Source: Octopus bimaculoides (taxonomy: Eukaryota). From it: a stretch of DNA of 64,000 nt. Below, one piece after another: positions 12,841-25,857 of this stretch (the first letter of the stretch is position 1; every line of letters starts with the position of its first letter). The position numbers were made by a program, and so were the translations under genes. The stretch spans positions 22,935,808 to 22,999,807 of the forward strand of contig NC_068983.1 of assembly GCF_001194135.2 (NCBI RefSeq). The letters are read 5' to 3'. The notes under the pieces were generated by a model that saw nothing but the letters and a program-made list of their open reading frames with translations, had not been told where the DNA came from and ran no database searches.

Positions 12841-15800
12841 TTCCTTTGAAAAAAACTTGGCTTTCTCTATTACGAAACATGAAGCATCCAGTATTTCAGG
12901 AGTTAACCTGGTATGTAAGACATTAGAAATTAGTCCAGTTCTTCAGAGAGGGTTAGTGTATATATTTGTTTTTATTTTTACATTAATCCTGAAGGATTAA
13001 CTGAACTTCAGATTCATACACCCAAGTTATTGAAAATGATGCCACCTTTGTCAGTTGACCACTTTGTAGATAACTCTTGAATTATTTTCCTCATTTTTGT
13101 AGTTTTATACATGGACATTTCTTGATGTACAAAGCTAGCATTTATATGGTTAGTGTCTTAATCAATCACATCAGCATTAGTATTTACTGTTAGTACCTAT
13201 TATGATGTAATACCTTACTAAAGTACTAAATGATAGGTTATCCTAACAAGAAAGATAGCCATTGAATAGTGTTGTCATAGATTCCCTGCCTTTGAGAAAA
13301 AAGACTCTATGGTTATGGTTGGGGCATCTCTGATCATAGATCTGCTCAGTCTGGTCTAACTTAGGACCAAATGGCAGCAACAACTAGCACTTCTTTTTGC
13401 TAGTATCTTTATCTTTGTTTCCTCTACTAACTATAAATTTTATTAGTAATGTTATGTCCCCTTTTTAACTGCTTTTACTTGAAACCCTCTCTCATCACCC
13501 GACTAGAGTTCTCATGAATGGTTGCTTGACCTGTTACCAACTGTTACTAAATCTCCAACTCACACCACCCAACTGGCTCAAAAATATTGAATAAGATGAC
13601 ATTGGATGCTCTAGTCTTAGATATACAAGAAGACAGGGAAGTTTGACCTTAAATTTACTTGATCAAGACTAAAACAGAAACTATACTTACTGATCAGTTT
13701 TCATTTTCTCTTTTACAAGTTTTTATTACCTGTATATATGTCCCAGCTTCTAAGTATTTTATTTTCTCACATTTATGGAAATTATCATGGATGAGAAAAT
13801 GTATGCTTATGATTAAGAAATCTTCTATTTAATAGTAAAAAACCACAGTACTTATTTCACCTAGCTCTACTTCACATATGTTATTTACTACTTTTATATA
13901 GTATTTATTATAGCCAAAAGACTTCTTCAGTTATGTTGACAAAAACATCTGTTCAAGTAATTCATCCAAGAACCAATAAATCAAGTGCTTTACCAATGAA
14001 GTTGCTTTGGACTAAGTGTTTGGGTGGTATCTTAGCTCCAAATGGTTCAAGAGGACATCATTTGTTTACCCTTATTCTTCAGAAAGTTTGTCAGTGTTGC
14101 TTTTTTGGTGAATCTGGACAAATTGGAGGTGACACTTACTGCTCTACACCAGTTGTTATTTAATCTGTTCAAATACTTTTACCTTGTTCATTTACACTTA
14201 CTTTTTTTATTTAACAGTATTCCTAAGTGTTAATATAATGTTGGCTGCTTCTACTAATTCAAATGTTACATTTACTCAAAGAAGTAAGGTTTTCACAGCT
14301 GGGTTCTCAAAGTAATAATACCAAACACTGGGATTGATTAATTATTTTTAGAAAGGTTAACGAAGAAAGTTAATGTGATCGGTTAAAGGGAATGAGTGGC
14401 AAAAAACTTGAGTTTCAGAAGAAATTTTTTTGTTATAATTTGTGATAATAGTTGAATTTTCATATTTTTATTGCCAGTTTTCTGTCTATTTCAACAGTAT
14501 TGATTAAATAGATATCATCATCATTTAACATCTACTTTTTCATGCTTGTTGAAGCAGATTTTCTACAGATAGATGCCCTTCTCCTGTTTCTAAAGGAAGG
14601 TAATATTTCCCCGTGGCCAGACATGTTCTTTGACAGAAGACTGGAATTAAGCAGCATCGCTTGTATAACAGTGCTGCTTTTTTACAACCATCATGTTATG
14701 TCAGGAAGAGGTTACATGCATGTGTGTGCACACACGATGAGCTTGTTTCAGTTTCCATCTACCAAAACCACCCATAAAGCTTTGTTTAGTTGTGGGGCTA
14801 TAGCAGAAGGCATTTACCCAAAGTATCACATGGTTGGGAAGCAAACTTCTTAACCACATAGCCATGCATGTACCTATTAAGAGAAGTAAAATTCTGCATA
14901 GAAAATCTGAAAACACAAAGTCAGTATTGTTAGAGTAAAATCTATTTTTAATTGACAGATTTTACTTCAACAATATGACTGAAACACTTCATGTTAAAAT
15001 ATATCAATTGTACGTACTCATTTGAAAGGCTTAAATGTCTCTGGGTGATATACACTCTACAAAATGGTTTGCAGCTGTTTAAGCACTTCACCAGGTGTGT
15101 GTTTTCACTGTGTATTAATATAGTCCAGGGTATTATCTATCTATTTATGTTTTTAATCATTAGTTAATTTTAAAATATAAATACTGAAGCTATTAAGGAA
15201 AATAAGGCAGTGACAGTAGGATTGCCAGATATTAATAACTGCTCTTATGCTTCAGGAGCATGTATTTTCAGAATCCTCAGAGCATTAAGCAAAGTACCTT
15301 GCAGTATTTCTGGCTCTTTAAAACATTCAGAGTTCAAATCCCATTAGGATCAAATTTACTTTTCATCCCTCTGGGGGTGATAAAATAAAGTACTATTTAA
15401 GTGCTAAAATCAGAGGTATTAACTAATCCCTCCCCCTTAAAACTGCTGACCTTGTGCGGAAATTAGAAACAATTATAAAAAGTTATGATTTCACAGAATT
15501 GTTAGAACATTGGGAAAATGCTTAATAGTTCCAGCTCTTTGAGTTAAAATGCCACTGAGGTCAACTTTTCCTTTCATCCTTTTGCAGTTGGCAAAACAAA
15601 GTACCAGTTAAGTACAAGTACTTTATCTTATTTTGAAGGGAGGTAGTTAGTTGATGCTATCGACTGACAACCTTCCCTGGCCGTGTACCTAAATCAAAAT
15701 TACTACTACTTCTATTGTGACAAGCTGACAAAGTTGTTACCGTGCTAGGCAAAATGCTTAGCAGCATTTCATCTGTCTCTACATTCTGAGTTCAAATTCT

Positions 15801-18263
15801 GCTGAGGTCAGTTTTGCCTTTCATCCTTTCACAACCACTAAAATAAGTACCAGTTGAACATTGACGTCGATGTCATCAACTTATTCCCTCCTCCAAAATT
15901 GCTGGCCTTGTGCCAAAATTTGAAACCATTTTTATTATTAGTAGTAGAGTAGCAGATTTGGAAAAGTCCTTAGAGCATCCAATGATCTACCTTTAGTTAC
16001 TGCTCTTTACACTATTAGTTCAAATCTCACCAAAGTCAACTTTCTATCTCCTAAAATAAAATACCAGAACACCAGGCAAGTACTGGTATTCATTTTCAAC
16101 TGATTATAACCTTCCCTAACATTTGCATCCTTGGGATAGTGTTGGAAGTCATTAATAAATAGAAATAACAGCACACCAGAGAATTCATCCTCAACTATCC
16201 CAATTTTATCAACAGATTCCAGAAACAAAACAGAACTTGTTGGCAATAATGAGAAAGCTGTAAAATTGATTCAATGTTAAGAAGTACTGTATTTGCCAAT
16301 AATCATAATGGTGAAATGGTTAGAAAGATTACAGCATGAGATTGAATGTAATATTATATTGAAGTGGGAATGTGGTAGTTAAATATGGTTATGTTTATCA
16401 AGGAGGAGAGTGTTTCCAGATATGTTTCAACCACAGCACATGCGGCTTTCTCTTCTTTTCGTCAGTAAAGGGCTTGAGCTTGAAATACAATCTTTTCCTT
16501 TGCTCTCAGATTTTATCTGTTGTTGACCCAGACCCTCATTGGTTTTCTCCATGTTTGGATTTTACCTGTGATATGGTGTTAAATCCTTTTACCATTCAAT
16601 GTTCAAATCTCACTGGGAACAACTGTGTCCCTTTCGTTCTCCTGGGCTCTCTACTCCATCCCACCCCACCACTGCACTATATTGATAAAGTAAGTACTAG
16701 TTACTTGTTAATAACTAGTCAAAATATTGACTAAATTGTCTGTATCTCTACCTAAAATTTTAGGCCTTACTCTGTCATAACTTAAAACAGTAACAATAGC
16801 TTCTTGTCATTGTTACATTAGTTTTTCAATACTGGCATAGGTTGGACAGGACATTTTGAAGTGATGCTTCAAGCCAGATACCCTTTCTGATACCAACAGT
16901 TGTTCCCTGTTACAACATGCAGGAATAATATAAAGCATATGTATAAAATAGTTGGTTAAATAAATGAGGAAATAATGCATTTTCTCAAGCATATTAGTAT
17001 TATAGTAAATGACCAGGTATATATGACACAGTGAATTTTGGGAGTGAGACTTTTTTACAAATATAAAAAGTGTTATATATGTTGAAAGTGTGCACCTGGT
17101 TGTTGTTGCTTGGCCCCAAATCAGCCCTAATAGGGTAGACCCTATAATTAAAATCATTTCAGGCATTCTGTACTATATTCTGGCCTACATTATCCAATGT
17201 GTATTTAAGTCTGTAGAGTTTAAACTGAGGGAAAGTTGGCTATTATTTTTAGCAGATCAAGTGACCATTTAGATTCTGGCTCATAGAACTTTTGGTTACA
17301 TTTTGCTTGTTTTAGTCATTGGACTGTTGCCATGCTAGGTCACTAATTTGAAAGATTTTAGTCAAATCAACCCCAGGACTTATTTTTTTAAGTCTGGTGC
17401 TTATTCTATTGCTTTCTATGCTGAACAGCTAAGTTATGGGGATGTAAACAAACTAACGCCAGTTGTCAACTAGTAATGGTGGTGGGACAAACACGGACAC
17501 AAAAACATACAACACAGACACAAAAACCTACAGCTTCAAAACAGTTTCCATTTACTAAATTCATTCACAAGACATTGGTCAGCCCAGAGTTGTAGGTGAC
17601 CCTTGCCTTAAGTGTTGCACCATGGAGATGAACTTGACACCAAGTGGTTGCAAAGTGAGCTTCTTAACTCGCCTGTAACGCTATCTAGATAACAAATACA
17701 AAGACAGCCTCAGCTCGGGGATTGAAAGACAAAAAAATGGAATGTGAAATTTCATGTTGCAAATTGACTAAATATTCTTCTTATTACAATTTTTTATACA
17801 GTGAAGCAACTAAATTTTCATTTGTTAAAAGCTTTTTGCTTTCTTTTTCTCTTTCATTCATTCATTCATGTTTTATTTCCTTCTTTATTCCTATATTTAA
17901 AAAAATACATAATTTCCAAAGTAGCTGATTAGTTAGATGCTTGTGTATGATCAATTGAATATTCCAAATATTTGCACCATGCTGATGACATCAGTTGACT
18001 AATTCAGTTGGTGTGGTTGATTCAGCGTTCAACATCTCCAAGCATTTTGCAACCTGCTATGTACTGTAGTTATCATCATGTATATAATAGTACCACAAAT
18101 CTACTTTGCTCTCCCTTCTCACTTAATGTGGAACAGTGACAGTTCATAATGCTTCTCCCTTTGTCATGTTGCAGCAGTTCATGGAAAATATTTTATATGT
18201 TGCCTATCCAGATTGGTTTATCCATGTCTTGGGTTTCTGTGAGTGTGCATGTGTGTGTGTATA

Positions 18264-18392
18264 CAGGGTGGGGCAAAAGTCATGCACCAGTAAAATAACA
18301 CTCTGCTGTAACATTTTCGTATTTGTTATTTTTATATAAGCAAATGTGATAAACGTTCATAAAATGTGGTATGGGACTTTTGCATCACCCTG
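18264..18392. mobile_element. Tc1/mariner-type MITE (129 bp)
   Basis: TA|CAGGGTGGGGCAAAAGTC ... GACTTTTGCATCACCCTG|TA. Confidence 0.85.
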
Positions 18393-18537
18393 TATATTAT
18401 GGACCATATATTTAATACGATGTGTATTTCTCAATTAACCCAAGGGTTGATGATATACTCAATTGGGTTCGATTAATTATATACATAACTTGAATATTTT
18501 TATCCCTGTACTTCGGTACCAATGTTTGTATTCATCA

Positions 18538-18921
18538 GTAGAGTGGCTGTGTGATAAGTAGCTTGCTTACCAACCACATGGTTCCGGGTTCAGTCCCACT
18601 GCGTGGCACCTTGGGCAAGTGTCTTCTACTATAGCCTTGGGCCGACCAAAGCCTTGTGAGTGGATTTGGTAGACGGAAACTGAAAGAAGCCTGTCGTATA
18701 TATGTATATATATATGTGTGTGTGTGTTTGTGTATCTGTGTTTCTCTCCCCCCCCCCACCGATGCTGGTGTGTTCACGTCCCCGTAACTTAGCGGTTCAG
18801 CAAAACGAGACCGATAGAACAAGTACTAGGCTTACAAAGAATAAGTCCTGGGGTCGATTTTCTCGACTAAAGGCGGTGCTCCAGCATGGCTGCAGTCAAA
18901 TGACTGAAACAAGTAAAAGAG
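18538..18921 (+). mobile_element. SINE family A, full-length copy
   Basis: Highly similar to 55386-55779 over its whole length. Confidence 0.9.
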
Positions 18922-19249
18922 TTGATGTGTATGCATTTTAATTTTGACCCAACTTAGTGCCTTATTCACCTGAACCTTATATATATATATAGAAGTAATG
19001 GTGCTAAGCAGTGTTTACGTATAATCACAATTTAGGTTAGTTGAAATATGTTTGTCACATATTTCAACTGCCCAAGGCAAATACACTGCAGTTACCCTGG
19101 AGAAAAAATCTCTCTTATGGTAAAAAGGTGTGAAAACACCCTGTTTGTTCAGTGTTGCCCTCTCTTGGGAATCTCAGACATCGATGTTTCGAATTTATTG
19201 ACTTAATTGACTTTATTGCCTTTAGCAGTTGAAATATGTGACAAACATA

Positions 19250-19720
19250 GGGGGGCATAGGCCACGCTGCTTTAAGTGCAGTGAAAAGGGCTACGTCCAC
19301 TGTGAATGCAAGCCTAAAGAAAGAAAAAGCGTGAAGCCTCTCCCCAAAAAGAACTGCTAGAGACGGGAGAAAAAGAGAAACAAGAACAGATGCAAGAAAG
19401 GACGCAAGAAGGGATGCAAGATACAACCGGAAACACAGAGGAAGAAATGGAATTTACAGTGGTCAAATTCCAAAAGAGGAAAAAGGCCCAAGCCCCAGAC
19501 TCCCTCCCCATACAAAGAAAAATAAGCCAATTACAGACACACATGGAAAAACTACCCTCTCCATCCCCTTCGTAAAACCCATAACCCATTACAAAAACCC
19601 CACCCCAAGACAGAAAAAATTGTGTCCTTTAATGAAAAAAATGAAGTACTACCAAGAATTATTAGAGCTCATTGCAAAGCTCAGTTTTATAAAGATAAGG
19701 ATATGCCACCTCACATCTGA
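19250..19720 (+). mobile_element. Retroelement gag/ORF1-like fragment with degenerate zinc knuckle
   Basis: RPRCFKCSEKGYVHCECKP at 19259-19315 is C-X2-C-X4-(H>Y)-X4-C. It is followed by an acidic/basic tract with EFTVVKFQKRKK. Broken by stops and a frameshift. Confidence 0.6.
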
Positions 19721-22214
19721 ATTGTCGCATATAAACTGTGTGGGGTTTACTAATGCACACACATTTTTATTCATAAGCTGGCGATCCATTTGAGATTTTT
19801 TATTTCAAATCCAAGTGCTGTTACCATGTATCAGCTAGAAATTTCAAAATAGCATTTGGGAAACACACATTTATTAATACCGACATAGTGCTAAAATAAT
19901 TTATTTGGACTTATTTTCTTTAATCTCATTCCAATCCAGTATTGAATAGGTTTTTTTTTCTTTTCTTTAAAAAATCTTTTTACTTGTTTCAATCATTTGA
20001 CTGCGGCCATGCTGGGGCACCACCTTGATGTGTTTTAGTTGAACAAATTAACCCTAGGACTTATTATTTTTTGAAGCCTAGTATTTATTCTATCAGTCTC
20101 TTTTACTGAACTGCTAAGTTAAGGGGACATAAAGACCACCACCCAGTTGTGGAGCAGTGGTGGAGAACAAACAGACACACACACACATATATATGACAGG
20201 CTTCTTTCAGTTTTTATCTACTAAATCCACTTTGGTCACCCCAAGGCTATAGTAGAAGACACTTGTCCAAGATGTCATGCAGTGAGATTGAACCTAGAAT
20301 CATGTGGTTGAGAAGCAAGCTTCTTAGCACACAGTCATGCCTGCGCCTTTTTGTTAGCTTTCTTTGTATGCTCAAATGAATAAAAAAAAAATTATCCTTT
20401 ATTGCCTGTTTTCATCATTTTGATCTTTTGTATAAAACAAAGTAATCAGTTTTCAATAATACAAACAGTAATCAATTGTAATATCAAAGAATTCATAATT
20501 TTGTTGGTCATGTAACTCCTTTTCAGATTACTAATTTAGAATATACCGGCAGAAATGAAATTACTTGTGTGACCAAGTAGAGAAACTCTATATTTGATTC
20601 TAAGTAGTAATTGTAGAAGTAGTAGTAGTAGCAGCACCCCTACCACCATCTGTAGTAAGTATGATGAGATGACTGGTTTGAAATGTAACACCTATTTGTT
20701 CTGTGAAGTACCGAACCTGTGCCAACATGAAACTTGGTCAACTAAAAGAGAGAGAAATGAAATTTTGGATATGGGACAAATGCTTCTCATTCTAGGTTTA
20801 TAGGTCAGAAACTGAAAAGGATGTATAAAATCATATATGTTGTTACATTAACATGGTTCCAGGTTCAATCCCACTGCATGGAATCTTGGGCTAGTGTCTT
20901 CTACTATAGTCCTGGGTCGACCGAAGCCTTGTGAGTGGATTTTGTAGATGGAAGCTAAAAGAAGTATGTCATGTTAAAAGTCGATGTAAATAAAGCTTGG
21001 ATCACAAACAACAAAGGCTCTTTTACTTTTTTATTTGTTTCAGTCATTTGACTGCGGCCATGCTGGAGCACCACCTTTAGTTGAGCAAATTGACCCCAGG
21101 ACTTATTCTTTGTAAGCCTAGTACTTATTCTATCGGCCTCTTTTGCCGAACCGCTAAGTTACGGGGACGTAAACACACCAGCATCAGTTGTCAAACGATG
21201 TTGGGGGGACAAACACACACATATATACGATGGGCTTCTTTCAGTTTCCATCCACCAAATCCACTCACAAGGCTCTGGTTGGCCTGAGGCTATAGTAGAA
21301 GACACTTGCCCAAGGTGCCATGCAGTGGGACTTGAACCCAGAACCATGTGATTCATAAGCAAGCTACTTACCACACAGCCACTCCTACGCCTATTTATGT
21401 TCTGTTTGTTACACATGCTACTGTGATCTTTGTGTTTGATCCTGATGTTGGTTTGTTTATGTCTCCTGTAACTTAACAGATTGGCAAAAGAGACCGACAG
21501 AATAAGTAAATAGCAGACTTCAAAAAATAGGTACTGAGGTCATTTTATTTGACTAAAACCTACCAAGGTATGGCCACAGTCCAGTGACTGAAACAAGTAA
21601 GACAAGAGATGTCACTATGAAATTACCCTTCAGAACTGTGTTACATATTTGCATGTTTATATGAATGAATGATATATGTCTTTGTACATTATATATATAG
21701 ACACACACACTTTATATGCATAAAGGGGATTGTTCAAATATACATATTTATATACATATATTATATAGTAGTAGGACATTGTTTTGACAGGTAATTTGAG
21801 GGGCTTAACTAGATCCCTATGTATTTATTGCCACACATTGACTTCAAAAAGGCAGTTTTATTGTTGTGGGACTTGAACTTTAAATGACCTCATTGATCTG
21901 ACTAGCTCAATGAAGCCTTTGCACCTAATATTACAGAGTGTAATCGTTCTTTTCCTCTCTGCACAATGAACTAAACTAAATGATATTTTTTTTTCTTCTC
22001 TTCCTAGTGCTTGATCTATTAAATGTGTTTAGCCTTGCTAGTAAGACCAAACAATTCCTTATTCTTGTTACCCTTTAACTTGCTGTAAGCTGGTGTTAAA
22101 AGCTTGGATCACAATAAACAATAACAAAAGCTGTCTTGTTCGTTTTGTTACATTTGCTGCTGTGATCTTCATATAACATTGATTTCTGTGATCTTTTTTG
22201 CAGCATTATCCGCT

Positions 22215-22830
22215 GTGTCTTTTCTGACGTTAACTATTCTGGTCATTTTTCTGATCATTCTATAGCAAACAAAATCAATAATGGTCATTTTCTGACCGTT
22301 AGAGCCATTGTCTTTTTTTTTTTTTTTTCTGACGTTAACTACTCTGGTCTTTCTTTTTCCTTCCAACATTAGCTGGGTTTTTTTTTCTGACGTTAAGCTG
22401 CCGTAACCTATTTTCTAGCGTTAGCTTTTTTTTTTTTCCTTCTGACGTTAGCTGTTGGTTTTTTTTTTCTGACGTTAAGCAGCCGTAACCTATTTTCTAG
22501 CGTTAGCTCTTATTTTTGTTTTGTTTTTTTTTCCTTCTGATGTTATTTGCTGTAATCATTTTCTGACGTTGGAATGTTGTAATTTTCTGGTGTTATCTAC
22601 CATAGCTCATTTTCTAGCGTTCTCGTATCATCTGCCATGTTCTTTTGGTTAGTTGTCTTGGTCTTTTTTTTTTCTGACGTTAACTGTTTGGTCTTTTTTT
22701 TTTCTCACGTTAGATGCCGTGGCTTTATTGATTTTGTCTGCTATAGATATCTTTGACGTCGGCCGCTAAAATCGAACGTAACGTTAACTGGTAGCCGCTA
22801 AATTCGACACGTGACGTTGACTGGTAACCG
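22215..22830. repeat. Degenerate array of TTTTCTGACGTTA motifs with an ~82-bp higher-order duplication and a 32/33-bp doublet
   Basis: About ten (T)nCTGACGTTA-like motifs. ~22381-22462 is repeated at ~22463-22545. GCCGCTAAA...ACGTT(A/G)ACTGGTA occurs twice at ~22762-22826. Confidence 0.8.
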
Positions 22831-22835
22831 CGACG

Positions 22836-23006
22836 GTCGGCTGCTACAGTTGGCACGTGCCGTCGGCTGTTACGGTCGGCACTTGACGTCGGCTGCTACG
22901 GTTGGCACGTGACGTTGGCTGCTACAGTTGGCACGTGGCGTCAGCTTCTACGGTCGGCACGTGGCATCGGCTGCTACGGTTGGCACGTGGCGTCGGCTGC
23001 TACGGT
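22836..23006. repeat. 26-bp CpG-rich minisatellite, ~6.6 units, consensus GTCGGCTGCTACGGTTGGCACGTGGC
   Basis: Unit starts at 22836, 22862, 22888, 22914, 22940, 22966 and 22992. Confidence 0.95.
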
Positions 23007-23431
23007 TTGTTTTTTGTTGTTGTTGACGTATTTGCTATGTTTATAAATTAAAAGATCAAATCGGTCTTCTAGCATAAAATGGCCTTGATAGATCGACACA
23101 GTTATAAGGATTAATAGCAGGCAACCATACGTGTGTTGGTATTAAAACGGTTGCTTACATAAAATTAAGTGATGAAAACCCTAGTCAATGGCAGTAATTG
23201 AGTTTCAAAGCCTGCTTGATACTGTCAGTTTAGCACCTAAAATTCTTCAACTTTATAAAATTTCTAGGGAACCAGTGATTGTCAGTCACCTGATAGTAAG
23301 GACGGAAAGTATGTAAAATAGAAAAATGTTTTGGTTTTCTTTTTTTTTTAACATATATGCACACAGTATTTCACTTTGAAGTAGCAAAAATGGTTAACAG
23401 TTGAAAAGAACAAATTTATTAAGTCCTATAT

Positions 23432-23903
23432 CAGGGATGGACAACTTTTCGTCAAGTGGGGGCCCGCATCGTACCATTTCCAAGTGGTAGACGGCCACAT
23501 GATGAAACACATATGCATGAAATATTACTTGCCCACTTTACACTGAATTTTTTTTGCTGTTCTTCTTAATTTTATTTGTCTTAGTTTGAAAGTTTACATT
23601 AAGCTGGCTTCTCTTTCATTATTTTCATTATTTCCTGATAATGATTACTAGTGTCAATAAATTATAGTTTAAAATATTGAGATCAGGAAAAAAAAAATGA
23701 AAATTCATTGATATTTTATTAAAGAACAAATTTCTTTATCTGTATCAATGAGATTTTTGCAGCACATTCCCATTCTTTACCTTATTTTCAATATTAGGTA
23801 GAATTTGAGATGTCGCTATTCTTAGGTTATGCTGCAAATTTGTAACCTAGAAACTCGTCAAGGGCCGCACAACATGTCAAGGGCTGCAGGCTGCTCATGC
23901 ATG
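23432..23903 (-). mobile_element. Internally deleted hAT (Charlie/Buster-type) element
   Basis: End CAGGGATGGACAAC with a degenerate partner. 8-bp TSD TCCTATAT/TCCTAGAT. The minus strand keeps a transposase C-terminus, NLQHNLRIATSQILPNIENKVKNGNVLQKSH*. Confidence 0.7.
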
Positions 23904-25351
23904 TCCTAGATGAAATACAATATAAATGAAATGCAGAACACCCACATTAGTTGATAACTTATATTTAGAGAAGTCAGCGACAGCATCTTAACTCGGTCAT
24001 AATCAGGTCTTAGTAATGCTCTCCCCCAGCCATTTCCTAATCCCTTCTCAAGCTTCAGCCATCTTTACCAAGAATCCGAAAAGAAAGTAAAGGGAGATGG
24101 ATTAATGAAAAATAATGATAATCATGAAGTGAGAAATCCTTAATAACCCCCAATTTATTAATATTAAAAATGAAGGGAGCAAGTTAGTCACTGACTTATT
24201 TAAGGAGATTAACTTGACACAAGCATATACCACAGTAATCCTTGAGGTACAGCATTTGATATGCCTAAGCTGAAGCCATAAATAAGTAAATAAGGTAAAG
24301 AGTCAGAGGGAGGAGTACACACACACACACATGGATTCTTTATCCCCTAGACATAGATAGACAGAGCTAAGTTTTATAGTATTCTTTTATCCAGGACACT
24401 CTTCTAGATATAGTTAACATTTCTCACTTGTATTGTCTTTCTTAAATCTGTGACTCATCTTCAAACACCACCACCAGCTGGCCATTTGGGTGCTTTTCAG
24501 TGGGGTCTTTAGCTGAATCCACCACTTGACAAGCATTGGTGGGGTCAGGTCACTGATATAATGATAATTAGATGCTGCTGTAGCAATATGATTCATGGTT
24601 TCTTTATTCCAGCAGTCTTGGAAGCCCTGCCAAATATGCATGGGTGTTTCCCTTCCTCTGTGACTAAGCAATAAAAGAATATATTAATGATAGTAGTAGT
24701 AGTAGTAACCATTGATTTAACATCCTCCTTTTCCATGCTTGCATGGGTCAGCAATATTCACTGAGGTGGATTTTATTTTGCTTGATGCTCTTCCTGTCAC
24801 CAACCCTCATATGTTTTGAAGCAAAGTAATATTTCCCCTAGTCCATTGAACATGGACAGAACAATGGCCCAATGTATTTTTTATGGAAGATTATAAATGA
24901 ATGACACCACTTGTATGACAGTGGCATTTGTTTATAATTAATGCTCATTGTCAAGATGAGGAGACACATACACTTGAGAACACACACATGATGGACTTCT
25001 TTCGCTTCCTGGCTACCAAATCCGCTCATTAGGCTTTTGTTGGCTTGGGGCTGTAGAGCTGTAGTAGAAGGTGCTATGCAGTGGGATTGAATCTGAAACA
25101 ACATGGTTGGTGAAGTATTTCTAACATAGGCTCAAGGCCTGAAATTTAAGGAAATGTTAATCGAATGTAGGGTCTCCACTATTTGAGCAACACTTCATTT
25201 TATTGACCCTGAAAGGGTTCAAGGCCAGGTTGACCTCAGAACATAAAGGTTCAAAGAAATACTGTAAGGCATTCTCTCCAATTTAATAATTGTTTCTAAT
25301 TTAGAGAGAAGGCTAGGAATTTCGAGAGGAGATGATAATAATAATAATAAT

Positions 25352-25857
25352 ATATGGCCTCTCATCTTAACTGACTGGAAGTGTTATGTACATTATTTTG
25401 TTTTGGTATAAAAGATGGGTTACAACAAATATTCTACTCAATACCACAGATTTTGCTTGTCAGTTGTTTGACCTTGACCAACTGAACATGTCCCTTAGTG
25501 GCTGACAATATGTGCATCTCTGATCATGAGCAGAAGTAGTGGAAGAGCATCATAGCCATGTGTTGAGAGGAATTCTTTGGGGTTTGAATAATTCACCTTT
25601 GGAAACATGGGTGTTATGTTCATCCTTAAACAACCCTTATTCAGGGACCTTTTGAGCGGGATGGGCTACTCGAACTGAAGAAAATTCTAACTGGGCCCCA
25701 CCTGCAAGGTCATGCACAGTTTATATTGATGTAAGATCACCATGTCGCGTACATATGGTTGTGATGCATGTGCCTGTTATATCCTTATCAGATGGGTATA
25801 CTGGGCTTCGTATACTTTTACCCCAGTGTCACTTTGATGGCATGCACTGCTCTCTCA
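25352..25857. mobile_element. Unclassified ~500-bp insertion flanked on both sides by (AAT)n
   Basis: (AAT)n at ~25335-25351 and 25857-25871. Higher GC than the flanks. Lies between SINE B remnants. Confidence 0.45.

Noticed and set aside
17090-17272. VAWPQISPN resembling the Tc1 WPxxSPDLN motif
   Set aside because: No other Tc1 motifs or TIRs nearby; the match is too short.
22836-23006. CRISPR-like periodicity
   Set aside because: Units are contiguous with no unique spacers, no cas genes are present, and the context is eukaryotic.
23110-23190. Helitron-like 3' end (GCAACC/GGTTGC hairpin, then CTAGT)
   Set aside because: The stem is weak with a long loop and lies too far from CTAG; no matching 5' TC end was identified.
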